From NCBI RefSeq assembly GCF_018350175.1, contig NC_058368.1, positions 9,052,001 to 9,116,000 of the forward strand: a stretch of DNA of 64,000 nt, in the 5' to 3' direction. This document shows positions 48,101 to 61,153 of this stretch, piece by piece (the first letter of the stretch is position 1; each line of letters starts with the position of its first letter). Both the position numbers and the translations under genes were made by a program. Source of the DNA: Felis catus. Its lineage: Eukaryota. The notes under the pieces were generated by a model, which was not told the origin of the DNA, did no database searches, and worked only from the letters and a program-made list of their open reading frames with translations.

Positions 48101-51100
48101 GCTCCTCTCCCACTTAAAACTATTCAAGAGCTCCCTATCCACCTTAAGATAAAGAATACGACCTTAAATCTGGTCCCAAAGAGACTAAATGCTCTGGCTT
48201 TTGCCTTCCTCCCCAGCCGATTGTCCACCTGGAGGTTTGAACACCAGCCACTCCAGCCTGCTTTCTATACCTTCAGGGAGCTCCCTCTCCCATTGGGTCT
48301 TCTGTCTATCCACCCTTGACTCCCACTCCTCCTTCCTCTGGGAAGCACCTCTAGACCCGCCCAGCCTCTGTGGCTCCTCTGTAAACTCCCTGAGCTTGAC
48401 TCCTTTTATCCAAGGTGTTTCTTTCGGTTGCAGGATTAGGAGATCACTATCTCTCTCCCTGGGTCTGTAAGTTGCTAGAGAACTGATCCGTCCTTGCCTT
48501 TCTCACCATTGGTCTCCAGTGAACAAACGAATGAATGAAGTAGATGGATGAACGGATGGACAACAGGGATCGTGGTTACTCTTTCAAGATGATCTTGCAA
48601 CCCTAGTCTGGGTCCTAATCCAGTTTGGTCCAGCAGAGTGAACAATGAGCAGACCTGGCCTTATGAATGGCCAGAATATACAACTGCGTATTTGGAATAA
48701 TTTGAGATGGGAAAATTAAACCCCTTGGAAATTTTAACGCTCAATGTTATTCCTTTGAATTCAAGAATCTTCTACCAAAATTCAAATAACCCTAGGTGAG
48801 TCCAGTCTTCGTGAACTCTATGGCAGGCAGCTGAATTCACAGCTGAGCCCGGGGAAATCAGGGAGAGTGGGAGGGGGAGCAAGAGAAATGGAGAGGTGAG
48901 GAGGGACACAGAGATCGTGAACGGGACCCTGGCAGAGAAGTCAACACATCAAAGCTGTCATCAGCCTCACGGACTTGCCAGGCTCTGATGCTTTTCATGC
49001 TTTGTGACCCAGCAAAAAAGTCATTTCGCTGTTTTGATTTTCTTGTTCCCGGGGAATAAAGATACAAAAACAAATAGGAGAAACTTCTTTAGGGGTAAAT
49101 GGAAGCACATAGACATAGAGCCCAAGTGTTTAGCATTTGAATATATCCACTTGGAAAGCTTTACTCATTCGCCTGTTTATTCATTAAAGAAACACTATTG
49201 TTGGTCCTGGACCGGGCACTGTACTAGGCGTTAGAAACAGAATGAACAAAGCAGACACTGTTTCTCCCCCACAGAATAGTGGGGACTTTCCACAAGGGCT
49301 TTTAGAGAAAAAGACACATGTTCTTCTGGGTCTGCCCGGACTCCCATGGCTTATAACTTCCTGGAAATGTTAGGATGTGGAGATTTGGGGAACGTTGGGG
49401 GTTATATTGTATTCTTAGGAGGCCCAGGGAGCTTTGCGGCAGGAAGGAAACAATATTCCCCTTTCCCATCTTTTTCTGTTTTGGTGACAGGACAGAGGAC
49501 GATGAGGGGAGAGAGGGATGACGGCTGGATGCTGGACTCCGGGAAATGTCATCATTGTGGTCTGAGTGACTCTGATGGCCTGATGCCCAGCCTGCAGCTT
49601 TGAAGCTTTGCTGCAAATAGAGGAAAGATGTCTGATCTGCAAAAGAGAGTTTATTACTGGCTGGTGATGAGAATCAGTTAAATTTGTGGCATCTGATTTC
49701 CTTTATTCCCTGAAATGCAACGTCTACCCTTCCTCAATTACGTAAGAGCTGGAACCTTCACGTTCTAGCATCCTACCCTTAATGAAATTCCTTCTACTCC
49801 TTTTCTTACACATATCACACATCCTTCCCCGCAGGCCATCACAGAGGGCACGTACAGAGTAAAGCCATTCTGCAATTTCAGTAAAAGCCATGTCAAATCC
49901 TCCTAGAGCGTGCGTCGCTTTGAAAGATCAATATTCCTCCATTGGCAATTTCCCCTAACGTGGTCAGTTTAACAAAATGCAATTTGAAAAACAAAAACGT
50001 GAGAACAACTGCGTCCTTACAAGTCCTCCTTAATTTTCTGCCCTCCAACGACGTTTCTTAGACTTTTGCATGTCCTACCTCATCGTTGGCTAAGTGAGAA
50101 ACCGAGAAAATGTAAGAGGAAAGCGTGTGTGAGTCAGAAGCTCACCTTGAGCTGGCCGGCGTGAGAATGGTGTGGAGGGAGGCCGGGGGCTCATTGACAG
50201 GAGGGGAGAAGGGTCCCGGAGCCAAAACCTGGGCAGACGCCCACCTAAGAGGTCAAAAGCAAGTGGTTCCTTGTCACGCCTGCCCTCGCCAGGGTAATCA
50301 TGAGGATGATGGGGATGAAGGTAAAGAGGTGGGGAAGGAGTCTCTTACTCTCTGCGAAAGGTGTCTGGGCTAAAGGGTTGAGGGTGGTTAACTGAGAGAA
50401 ATGACTGTCCTCTTGCCCAGTGGTCCCGAGCTCCGTCCTGGGCTCCCCTGCCTGGCAAAAAGGACAAGCTTTCAAAAGAGCCGCTTACACACGCTCTGCC
50501 TGCTTCCTCACCAGCCTCTCCCCATACCCACCTTTGCTCTGAAACCGTGTGGCCAGGTTACCGACAACCTCCATATTGGCCAGTCTAATAGGCTCTTGGG
50601 TCTTTACGTCGCTTTGTCAGACACACTTGACCACCTTTTCCATCTTGAAGCTCCGTTGCCTCGTCATGGAAGACACCCCACTGTCCTTGTTTGTCCTAGT
50701 GCACCAGCCCGTCTGTCAGTCTCTCCTGGCCCTCTCCTACGCCTCCGCCGTCACGCACCTGATTAGCAATGTCCCCGGGTTACTGGGGACCATCCTTGGC
50801 CCCTTGCATTTCTGTTCTCCTCTAACCCAAAAGCAAGTTCTATTTGCTTTCCTTCAGATACATCTGGTATGAGCCTGTCTCCCTGCGGCCTCCACCACAA
50901 CCATCTGGGTCAAAGCTACCGTCATGTTTCCTGTGGTTGACCAAGCGGTCTCCTAACTGGTCCCACTACTTTCTCTCTTGCTTTCTCTCTTCTTCTCACA
51001 ACAGAAATTTTCCACAGAGTGTTCTTTGAAAGGCAAATTATTTACGCTGCTTCGCTACTTAAAATCTTTCAATGATGTTTCATTGCCCGATAGATAAAGG

Positions 51101-53222
51101 CCAATGTCTTCTCCCAGTCCCCCACGTATTGCCTCTTCTAGCCCCTCTTGACTTTATGACCTCATCCGTGTTCGTCTCCTGTCTCTCACTTGGTCCCAGG
51201 CACAAAGGCCATCCCTAAGTTCTTGGAATACACAAAACTCTTTTCTGCCCCAGGGCCTTGGCACCCACTTTTCCCTCTGCCTAGATCACTTTCCTCTATT
51301 GCCCGGTGTTGTCTTTGAGTTGTGACTCAGTCAAAATGTCACCGCCTCAGAAAGACCTTCGCTGGTCACCCTATTCTCTGCCGTAGCCCTTATTTTCCTT
51401 CATGCACAAATCACCCTTTGCAATCGTTTATTCATTTGTTTATCGCAGCTCCCATTAGACCATAAGCATCCCAAGGACAGGGATAATAAACATCTGTCAC
51501 TTATCCTTCATGCCTAGCGAAACACCCTGCAGATAACCTGTGCTCAAAGAATGGTTTTTGCATGAATGCATAAGGATAGCATCAATAACTAATACTCTGT
51601 CAGTAAGGGCTCTAGTCTTGATTACTGACCTATAGATACTTTTGTTGGTAAAACCTTTTTGGGAAATACTTAAATAATCTGCGATTGACATCCTGCATTT
51701 TCCTAAGAGGTACTCAGAGAATTCCATGCTGCATTAATTTTCAAATAGAACAAAGCTACATTCCTTTAGAAGACATTGGAGCAGGACAATTTCTATGGGA
51801 AGACTCTTACCCCAGTGAAAACATTTTCTCGCAAGCAGGATATAAATGGAATATCTTTGAGAGTAATACGGAAACTGAATTGAATCTCTATTGGCGACAA
51901 AGCAACGAGGATAAAGATGAGACTGAAGTGCTCTTTTGAGGAATAAAACTACAACCGGCTATCAGTGAAAACTTCCAGTTTCTGACCACCATTCTCCACC
52001 CAAAACCCCCAAAAAGTTACTTTGAAAGAACTTTGGGAGTCATCAAACAGGGGAAAAGATTCTTTGAAGATGGAATCTGGTTTATTACTATCTCCCGACA
52101 ACTTCTAAACTGGTGTAAGATGAAAATAAACTTTTCCAGTGGCAGCAAAATTTTCCACACAAATATGTTCACCGTTCAACAATGATATCATTGGGCCGTT
52201 TTGTTTCTTAGGACCGAACCCTGGGGAAAAAAAAGATCCATTACTGAGGATTAAGTGTTCTTCATTTCATGTCGTTTTTGCTCAGTTTCCAAACACTTCA
52301 ATTTTTAGTGAGGTTTCCTAATAATTGAATGTCTGAACAACCAAAACATAACAATTATAAGTGCTTTTCTTGCTATTTGTAATATGCTTACAAGCATATT
52401 TCCTCTGATGTGTAAGATGTAAAATTTCTGTTTTCACTGGTTTTTTTTATTTAATAAATTTTGCAGTCATAAAAATATTAGTGTCAGTGCCAATACTTTA
52501 TTGTAAATCCAAAGCGATATGGACAACATGCCCACGTTGTTGTTTTGTTTCAGTTCTGCGATCACTATTGTCGCCTGGCTCCAGAAACCAGCAGTGGCCA
52601 GAGGGGGAGACAGGCCAGCCCTCGGGCACTGTGTCTGTTACGTGATGCTTCACGCCGATTGGAAAGTTTGACCTTTATCGGGTTTGTTGATCACAGTGTT
52701 CCTAGCTTACTTGCTGCGATCTTGACCGGGCTGGTGTACCTGAGCCAAACTGAGGCCATGTGGCTTTTCACCCAGAGGAAGAGGACAGACGTTCGCACGG
52801 CATATGGCAAGTGTCTCTCTCAATCACTGCGTCACCCTATGGTGCGGGTGGCACTGGTACCATGTTTCAGCTGAGGACACTAGGCCTTCAAGAGGTTAAG
52901 TAGCGTCCCCAAGATCCCAAAGCCACTGAGTGTGGGAACCAAGAGCTGAGCCCACGCCAGTCTGACGCTGAAGCCTCTTCGGCTCTGCCTCCCTAGCTCA
53001 TGGCAGGAACCACCCGAAACTGTGTTTTTGCAAGAACACAGCCCCAGCCTTTCTAAGAGAAAAGGAAGAAGGGTTGAAGTGGTTTTGTGTTGTGCCAGAA
53101 CACGGCGATGGAATTTCTGAGCCAAGTCCCCAGCTGCAGAGGGTGAAACAACCGAACTGGCCACCGTTCAGAGGTACCCTACCTTCTGCAGGGCGTTCGA
53201 GCCCCATATAGAATGGAGACGT

Positions 53223-53375
53223 GGGGCACTGGGCCGGCTCAGTCGGTTAGGCGTCCGACTCTTGGTTTCGGCTTACATCATGGTCTCACAGTCGGTGATT
53301 CTCTCTCTCCTCTCTCTGCTCCTCGGCTCATACGCACGCGTTCTCTCGCGCTCTCTCTCTCAAAAATAAATAAAC
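53223..53375 (+). mobile_element. Internally deleted CanSINE
   Basis: Head and CT/A tail with the central part missing. Confidence 0.75.
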
Positions 53376-53599
53376 TGCATTTTAAAAGCCCCCCCCCGCA
53401 AACAACAACAACAATAACAAAGCACAAATAAAATGGAGAACAGTCTTCTTTTTTTCACTCTTGCTTCCAAGGCTGGTTAACCCACTAGGAGAATGAGGAG
53501 AACCTTGTCTATAGGAACATCTGGGGAGGCTTTCCTCAAGTTCAAATTCCTGTAAAATTTTAACTGCAAGTGGTCCAGTTATTAAGTTGGATAACAAGT

Positions 53600-53820
53600 G
53601 GGGCGCCTGGGTGGCTCAGTCGGTTGAGCGTCTGACTTCGGCTCAGGTCACGATCTCACGGTCCGTGAGTTCGAGCCCCATGTCGGGCTCTGTGCCGACA
53701 GCTCGGAGCCTGGAGCCTGCTTTGGATTCTGTGTCTCCCTCTCTCTCTGACCCTCCCCCTGCTGATGCTCTGTCGCTCTCTGTCTCAAAAAAAAAAAAAA
53801 ATAAACGTTAGAAAAAAAAT
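53600..53820 (+). mobile_element. CanSINE
   Basis: TSD ATTAAGTTGGATAACAAGT. Confidence 0.93.
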
Positions 53821-55296
53821 TAAGTTGGATAACAAGTACTCCTGCTCTTCCTGCTAATACTACCACAATTATTGCTACTATGGGGTACGGTTTTCAGATA
53901 CCTAACTCAACCGTCCTTGATTGGGGCTTCCTGGTGGATTCGTGATCGGCCAAGAACGTGGCAGGGTTTTCGAGACACCTCTGGTGTGGCAGTGTTGATG
54001 ACAACTGAAAATGAAAGCTTACTGTTTTCAGTGTTCGGCACCCCAGAGGTCCCACTTTAGTGGGTACTGTGAATATTTAAAATAATTAAATTGAAATGAT
54101 CACTGTATTTCATTAAAGTTGTGGGTTCTAACCTAGCAGGAACCTACTATCAACTTGCATTGGGACATGCTGTATGCTCTTTGCCTCAAATTGATTTTTC
54201 AATACAACTCACAGGTTTGTTTCAATCAGCACGCATTCTTTTAGGTTATTGTGTTTGCTTTTGTTGTAGACTTCCAATAGAAGTTAGCTGCTGCTAAATT
54301 GAATGGCTAAAACGTACCAGCAATAATTGACAAAACATTCATGGCTCGTTGAAGTAAAAATCCTTTGGAAATAGAATAAAACAATAGTATGCGCCGAAAA
54401 GTATTGCAAAACACAGTTAAATCTCTCCAAGGTAATGGCAAATCAGAGAGGCTGTCGCCTCTTGGATGTCACTCAATGCCTGCAATAAATGATATCAGCC
54501 TTTCTTAATCTAGGAGTTGATTTTAGCAAAGCAATTCAGCTCCATACCAAGTTGCAATAAAATGCAAATGATTGTCAGGCCTTGTACGTTTCCGAGTTTG
54601 TAGCTAAAGACTTAAGTAGAGTCCCACCAGGCCTTCCTGGCAACACTCAGTCAACATTTTAGGGAATTAAGTGCCAATAAATCAGAGGTCGATTTAGGTT
54701 TGGGTTTAAGTTGTACACATGGAAGAAAAGTAGCACTGCCGTATTGGAGTTTCGGGCTTTTGTCTTTTATCGTCGAAACCGTGACATTCAGGAATATGGC
54801 TCTGCTGACTTCTTAAACTGAGGCCTTTGGTTCTTTTTGCTTTTTCCAAAGGCACGGCAGTTTATTCAGGCTGCTATCACCGCTCCTGTTCCCTTACAAG
54901 TTTAAAGAAACTGGACTATGTAAGCTACCAGCTCGACCCAAAGAGCTATTTTGTGACATAAAGTCTTTCTCGGCAAACCCCGGAAACAATTTAAAAGCAT
55001 ATCAATAAGGGAAATGCTCATAAAGTACCAAAGACCACGGCGCCGTCTGATTAAGTAAAAGCAAAATTGCCGAATGATACGTACAATATTTCTAGAAAAA
55101 GAATCCTCTAGAGGCATGCATCCACGTACTCCAGACTGTAACAAGGACCCCGCGGGAAGAGGAGATCGCAACGGGGCGCAAAGGGGACGTGTCTGGGTCT
55201 TATTTTGAAGGTAGACATTAAGGAGCAGAGCAAAACGAGGTGCAAACAGGCCAACAAATAACCGAGAACCCCGAGGCTTCTGAACGAGTCGCAGCG

Positions 55297-55707
55297 TGTA
55301 TTAGTTTGCTAGTGCGGCCGTAACGAAATAGCACAGATGGAAGGGCCGAAACAACAGAGATCTGGCTTCTCACAGTTCTGGAGGCTGGGAGTCCGAGACC
55401 AAGGTGTCGGCAGGCTTGCTTTCTCCGGAGGCCTCTCCCCCGGCTCGCAGGTGGCCCTTCCTCCCTGTGTCCCCCCGCGGCCTTTTCTCCAGATGGGTGC
55501 TCATCCCCCGGGGGACTCTCCCTCTATGGACTCATATCCTTTGCTGAGAACACCAGCCATATTGGACCAGGGCCTGCCCTAAAGTCTCCACAGTAGCTTG
55601 GATCACGTCTTTGAAGATCCTACCTGCGTCCAGTCAACGTCCTGAGGTACCGGGGCTGAGGACTTCAACACATGACTTTGGCGGGTGACGCAATTCGGCC
55701 CATAACA
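55297..55707 (-). mobile_element. MLT1A-like LTR
   Basis: TGTATTAGTTTGCTAG...CAATTCGGCCCATAACA, with near-TSD CAGCG/CAGGG. Confidence 0.75.
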
Positions 55708-55774
55708 CAGGGTGTTCGTTTTATTTCATTTGTTGTTATGGGAATTAAGCCTGCTTCTATCAAATGCAACGCGA

Positions 55775-56122
55775 TTTTGATTTTTATTTTTTTAAGGAGG
55801 CTTCATACCCAGCGTGGAGCCCAACGTGCAGTTGGAACTCACCACCCTGGGATCAGGACGTGAGCTGAGATCAAGAGTCAGACGCTCAGGGGCATCTGGG
55901 TGGCTCAGTTGGTTAAGCGTCTGACTCTTGATCTCCGCTCAGGTCATGATCTCACCGTCGTGGGATCAAGCGTTGCATCGGGGCTTTGCAGCCATGCTTG
56001 AGGTTCCCTGTCTCCCTCTCTCTCTGCTCCTCCCCTGTTTGCATGTGCCTCCTGCCCCCCCCCCCGCCCCCAAAAAAGAAAAAAGGTCGGACGCTTAACC
56101 GACTGAGCCACCCAGGTGCCCC
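55775..56122. mobile_element. Minus-strand CanSINE interrupted by a plus-strand CanSINE (about 55888-56083)
   Basis: Outer halves join across the inner element, with GTC(A/G)GACGCT(C/T)A duplicated at the junctions. Confidence 0.75.
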
Positions 56123-56689
56123 AAATACTAAACCATTTTAATAAACCACATGAGGAGTACAGTTCTTCGTGAACATCTGAACATTGGTTACACGCTTACC
56201 TCAATGCATTTCCCAAACAATTTAAATTACAATTATAGGCTCACCGTGACTGATTATTTGAAACTTCAAGTATTTCCACTTCATACTCCAGACCGGCCTG
56301 TGTATATTCCACAGCATATTGGCTTTAACAACGGCCATGCAGTTCTGCACCAGAGAGAGACCAGACATACACCAGGGAGGACTTTGAACTTGTGTCCTGG
56401 TAAACCAAGTCTCAGATACTACAGCCCCCCTCAGCGTCACACTAAAGAGCAACTTAAAGATTGTACCTCTCAACCCAGTCCTCAAATGCCATTTCTGTAA
56501 GGTGCCCTCCTTCCTGCTCCCATGGAACTTGCCTCGTATCTCCACTGTCCCGCTCATCAACCGTATCCTGGGCTGCAGAATGCCCTGCTGGCCGTGTTCC
56601 AGGCTGGCTTGTGGGTGAGCCAAGCACAGGCTGTGTGTCACCACCTCTTTCTCTCCCTCAGCTTCTAGCAAAGGTGTCCACGCAGTAGG

Positions 56690-57115
56690 TGTTAGGAGTT
56701 GAATTGTATCCCCCACAAACGTACACGTTCAAGACCTAACTCCCAGCGCCTCAGAAGGTCGCCATATTGGAAATAGGGTCATTACAGGTGCCATTGGTTA
56801 CGGCGAGGCCATCCCGGAGTGATTCAGGATGACTGGCGTCCTCATAAAAAGGGCAGATTTGGACACAGACATGCTGACAGGGAGCCTACCACGTGGCCAC
56901 TTAGACAGGGACCGGGACGATGCTTCTGGAATGTCAAATCTTGCCAGCAAACGCCAGAAGCCAGGAGACAGGCATGGAATAAATTCTCGCTGGTGGCCTC
57001 GGAAGAAGCCAGCCCTGCCAAGGCCTCGATCTTGGGCTTCTGGCCTCCGGAACCGTGGGGCGATCGATTTCTGTGTGCAAGGCGCCCAATGTGCACCTCG
57101 GGGAAACTGATTCTG
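56690..57115 (+). mobile_element. MLT1B/C-like LTR
   Basis: TGTTAGGAGTTGAATTGTATCCCCC...TTGGAAATAGGGTC...GACTGGCGTCCTCATAAAAAG. Confidence 0.75.
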
Positions 57116-58816
57116 TGCAGATGAGTCAATAGAGTGAAAAAGAGCCCGATGAAAACCGCCCGCAGACAGCCGGCCTCACTGGGACCTGTGGTTGCCCTTC
57201 CTGTAATTATCTGTGGAATCTGATTCTCTCCAGGTGCCTGTCCCCTTGCTGCGGTGTCTCCTGCGGACAAGACGGCACAGGCTCCCAAGTGACAGGAGGA
57301 AGGCTTATTTCTGGCATCGCGCAGGGCGCCCGCCTCCTTCTCCCTCCGGGGAAGCAAACATTTGTTTCTGAGTGCTGCGGAAGCTGTCCTTTGTTTAAAG
57401 GAAGGCCCACCCCAGAGGAGGGGTCAGACGGCAAGAAATGAGCTTTGCAGCGCAAACTTTTTTGCCGGCACCGAGGTGTAAACAGCTCGGCCTGCGTTCC
57501 CGGGCCAGGCACGGGCTGTGCGGTGACACCCACTTCCTCCTCTCACGCTTGTTTATCGTCTCGGAGACCATTCTCAACGCCTTGCCGCCTCGGCTGCGGG
57601 TCTTAACGCGGAAGCGGGTCTTGGGGATCCCCAGAGCCGCTTGGGGAACTGAGATAGAGAACCAATCTGCACGTGTGGCTGATGCACATCCCCCATCCTG
57701 CGGGGTGCTGGGTCCTGAATGTTCTGTGGCTTACGGTTCACGTATCCTAGCGGCCGCGGGTCAGACGCCACAAAGTCCCAGTTTTAATTTGCTTGCTTGT
57801 TTGTTTACTTGTTTGTTTGTTTGTTTCACTATGTATCGCTCAGGATTGTTCTGCAAATGCGTCCCTACGCAAAACACGGCCAGGAGGGGGCTCATCTGGA
57901 AAAGAAAAAGGAAAGGGAATCCACCTCCTTGGAGCAGGGCTAGCCTTCTGCGCAGACGTTAGCTCACTGAATCTCAACAAAGATAAAACCTACTTGGAGA
58001 CTAGGTATTATGTCTCTGCTTTCACGGGGAGAAATTGACGTTTGGAGAAGTTAAATTGCATGCCCACGTTCATTCGACTCATGGTAGGCCGGGGATTCAC
58101 AAACCACATCTGCCTGACTGCCGGGCTGGTGCCTTGTCCACGTTACCAGCAGGGTTATGTAAAGGCTGGGCGGCTGTGCAGACAAGAAGCAGAAAACAGG
58201 CCAGGGATCATTGCTGTAAATGGGTACAAAGCAGAGCTGAGAGTTTCCACACAACCGAGGAACAGATTGCGGGCTCTCATCTGGTAAGTAGGTCAGAGCA
58301 ATTCCTCAGGAAAAAGAGACTTTCAGAGAAATTTGCTACAGTGGCCTTTTATAGTTATGCCATCAATATAGTTAGGCCCGACGTCTCCCACCACTCAGGA
58401 GCTGTCTGAGCTCCCTCCCTCGGAAACCGGGGGCCACGATGGAGCGGGTTCAGTCGTGGGAGGGAGCGTAGGCAGCGCGGGGAGGTGAGTCACAATTACT
58501 GGAGGCAGGGGGCCAAGGAGACGCCAGGCCAGAGTTAGAATGGACAGGCCAGGGCGGGGTCTCCAGGCCACATGGGTTTGGGCCTGGGGGGGGGGGTCTG
58601 TGTGCCTGGGCGTACACACAAAGGCAGATAAAGGAGCCAGTGCTTGGAAAGGTCAAAGCAGATGGAAATAGGGGAGGGCTGGACTCATCCCTGACCCAGA
58701 GACAATCTGCTTACGTGCTTTGTTTATTTTAAGTAGCACCTTTGGGTGCTCATATGAAAACATACAAACAGGCGTAAACATTTTCCAGGTGGCCATTTTT
58801 TACATCATCCCTCGCT

Positions 58817-59012
58817 TTTAAAAAGAAATGTTTATTTATTTTTGAGAGAGCAAGCATGAGCAGGGAGGGGGCAGAGAGAGAGTGATACAGAGAATCCCAA
58901 GCCGGCTCCGCACAGAGCCCGACGTGGGGCTCGATCCCACGAACCGTGAGATCGTGACCTGAGCCAAAATTAAGACTCAGATGCTTAACCGACTGAGCCA
59001 CCCAGGCGCCCC
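58817..59012 (-). mobile_element. CanSINE
   Basis: Ends CCACCCAGGCGCCCC, with TACATCAT on both sides. Confidence 0.88.
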
Positions 59013-59130
59013 TACATCATTCCTTGATTAAAGGTGACACCAGTCTAGCCCCAGGAAACCATTCCTGTGGGCGGTTCAAGTAACAGAACGTCAGCCTTGG
59101 ATGAAGAGCCATCTAGAAATAGCTAGCACA

Positions 59131-59285
59131 GGGGCGCCTGGGTGGCTCAGTCGGTTAAGCGTCCGACTTCATCTCAGGTCATGAACTTGCGGTCCGCAAG
59201 TTCGAGCCCCGAGTCGGGCTCTGTGCTGACGGCTCAGAGCCTGGAGCCTGCTTAGGATTCTCTGTCTCCCTCTCTGCCCCTCCTC

Positions 59286-59318
<33 letters not shown>

Positions 59319-59557
59319 AAAAATAAATAAAGCGGGGCGCCTGGGTGGCTCAGTCAGTTAAGCGTCCGACTTCATCTCAGGTCATGAACTTGCGGTCCGT
59401 GAGTTCGAGCCCTGTGTCGGGCTCTGTGCTGATAGCTCGGAGCCTGGAGGCTGCTTCTGTTTCTGTGTCTCCCTCTCTCTCTGCCCCTCCCCCAATTGCG
59501 CTCTGTCTCTCTCTGCCTTTCAAAAATGAATAAATGTTAAACAAACAAACAAAAAAA
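59131..59557 (+). mobile_element. Head-to-tail CanSINE dimer (59131-59331 and 59334-59557)
   Basis: Two full monomers, with a single imperfect 16-bp TSD around the pair. Confidence 0.85.
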
Positions 59558-60149
59558 GGAATAGCTGGCACAAATGGGTCTAAAAGCAGCTGAGCATTTT
59601 TTGCAGGGTTCCCGGGCCTTGGGACGGCCTGCTGAACCCGCCTGCAGAGAAGCTCTAAGGTGTTTCCTCTGGGGAAGCCCGTCCCCCTGGTGACCCCAGG
59701 GCCTTTGCAGTGGAGGGGAATCAGAGCAGCCCGTTCATCTGAAGCAGAAGGGCCGAGTGTGGCGTCCCACTGGCCTCGTGGCTGTGCCCAGTCAGTCACC
59801 CCAGGCTCCCTAAGTGGACGCTCATCAGCGCCGACCTTCACAGCGCCTGCGGCCAAGCCTGGCATCTCCCACAGCACATGTTCGGGGACCTGGTCCTGGA
59901 CCCTCCCCAGTCGGGCCTTAGCGGGGGGCCCCGGGAGTCCGGCGGACAAGCCGGGTAACGAACATATGCAAGCTGTTCACTCTGTCCGTAAAAACAGTGA
60001 CGACACCGAGAAATTGCCTTGTTAAGAAAGAATTCAGCTCCTCGCCATTCCGTGCCTGGCTCTGCCAGCTGCAGGGACTTCTTTCCAGCGATTAAAATAA
60101 ACAATCCCACGTGTGCACAGCCAACCTTGGGGAGAAAGTGTCAGGAACC

Positions 60150-61000
60150 AAAGATGCCACGGAACTTGAAATGAAAGGCGCAAAGAGCAGCCTGGCTCTC
60201 TCGAGTTGGGAGGCGGCCTCGCTGAGAGGGTCGGAGTCTCGACGACTTTGGAACTGGACGAGAAGGCCGTGCTCACGCGGCGCGGCCTCCGCGTTTAATG
60301 GCAACGGAGCCTGGCGACTAGTTTTTCTGGGATCACCACTGGAAGAGAGGAGCTGAGACCGTGGGCTGCTCTGACTGCGGGTGCGGTGCTCCCCCTGCCC
60401 AGTAGAGACCACGGGGCGGGGCGCAGGCTCCCGGGGAGACGGGGCCGGGTCGGATTCTGGAACCGGAGGCCTCGGGGGGAGGGCTGCCCACGGGGGAAAG
60501 AGCGAGTGGGAAGGCAGCCATGGGGCAAAGGCGAATAGGGTGCTCCTGGGGCCAGAGGGGAGGCCGGCCTGGGGAGCAGGGAGAATTGAAGCTGAGTGGT
60601 ACGGGTCAGAGGTCATCCTTGCAGAAAGTGGCGACCGAGCTGGCTAGGGAAGCGGAGAGGAAAGGGCGAGCACGGGGCTTCCCAGCCGAGCCCCTGACAA
60701 TGACCCCCGCAGCTGTGCGGCCACGCCGGGCTGCCGCAGAGCTGAGGCCTCCGTCAAGGTCAGAAAGCTGCCGGCTAGGACGTGCTGCGTGTGTGCGCCA
60801 GGAAGTCGCCGCTTCCCAGCCAGAACCCACCGCCCCTGCCGCGACCCCTACCGGCAGACTGGATGTTCTGTGCCCTGTTTCTCTTCCCACGGGCCTCACG
60901 TCCGCATCAGAATCGCACCCGAGCGCATCCGACCCCGGGGATCACGATCAAAGCTGGAACGCTCACTTAGCTGCGTGGGAGTCAGGAAAATGGGGTTTTA
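60150..61000. promoter_or_regulatory. CpG-island-like GC-rich segment
   Basis: Visibly CpG-dense unique sequence (CGCGGCGCGG), GC box GGGGCGGGG at about 60413 and ETS-like CAGGAAGT at about 60799. CpG o/e was not computed. Confidence 0.5.
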
Positions 61001-61153
61001 GCCTCCGCTTGTACAGCTGATGTTGGAACGCTGGAAGGGTCCGGAATGGATGGTGGACAAGCCAGTCCGCAATATTCACTACAGAGGCAGGGCCTGGAGC
61101 CCCAGGACGGGACCGTGCCTGGGAGCTTGGGTATTATGGTCAGAAGCAAGGAT

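Noticed and set aside
56842..61020. Several 160-190 aa ORFs in GC-rich DNA
   Set aside because: Overlapping in multiple frames, low complexity and partly SINE/MLT derived. Expected from stop-codon scarcity at high GC.
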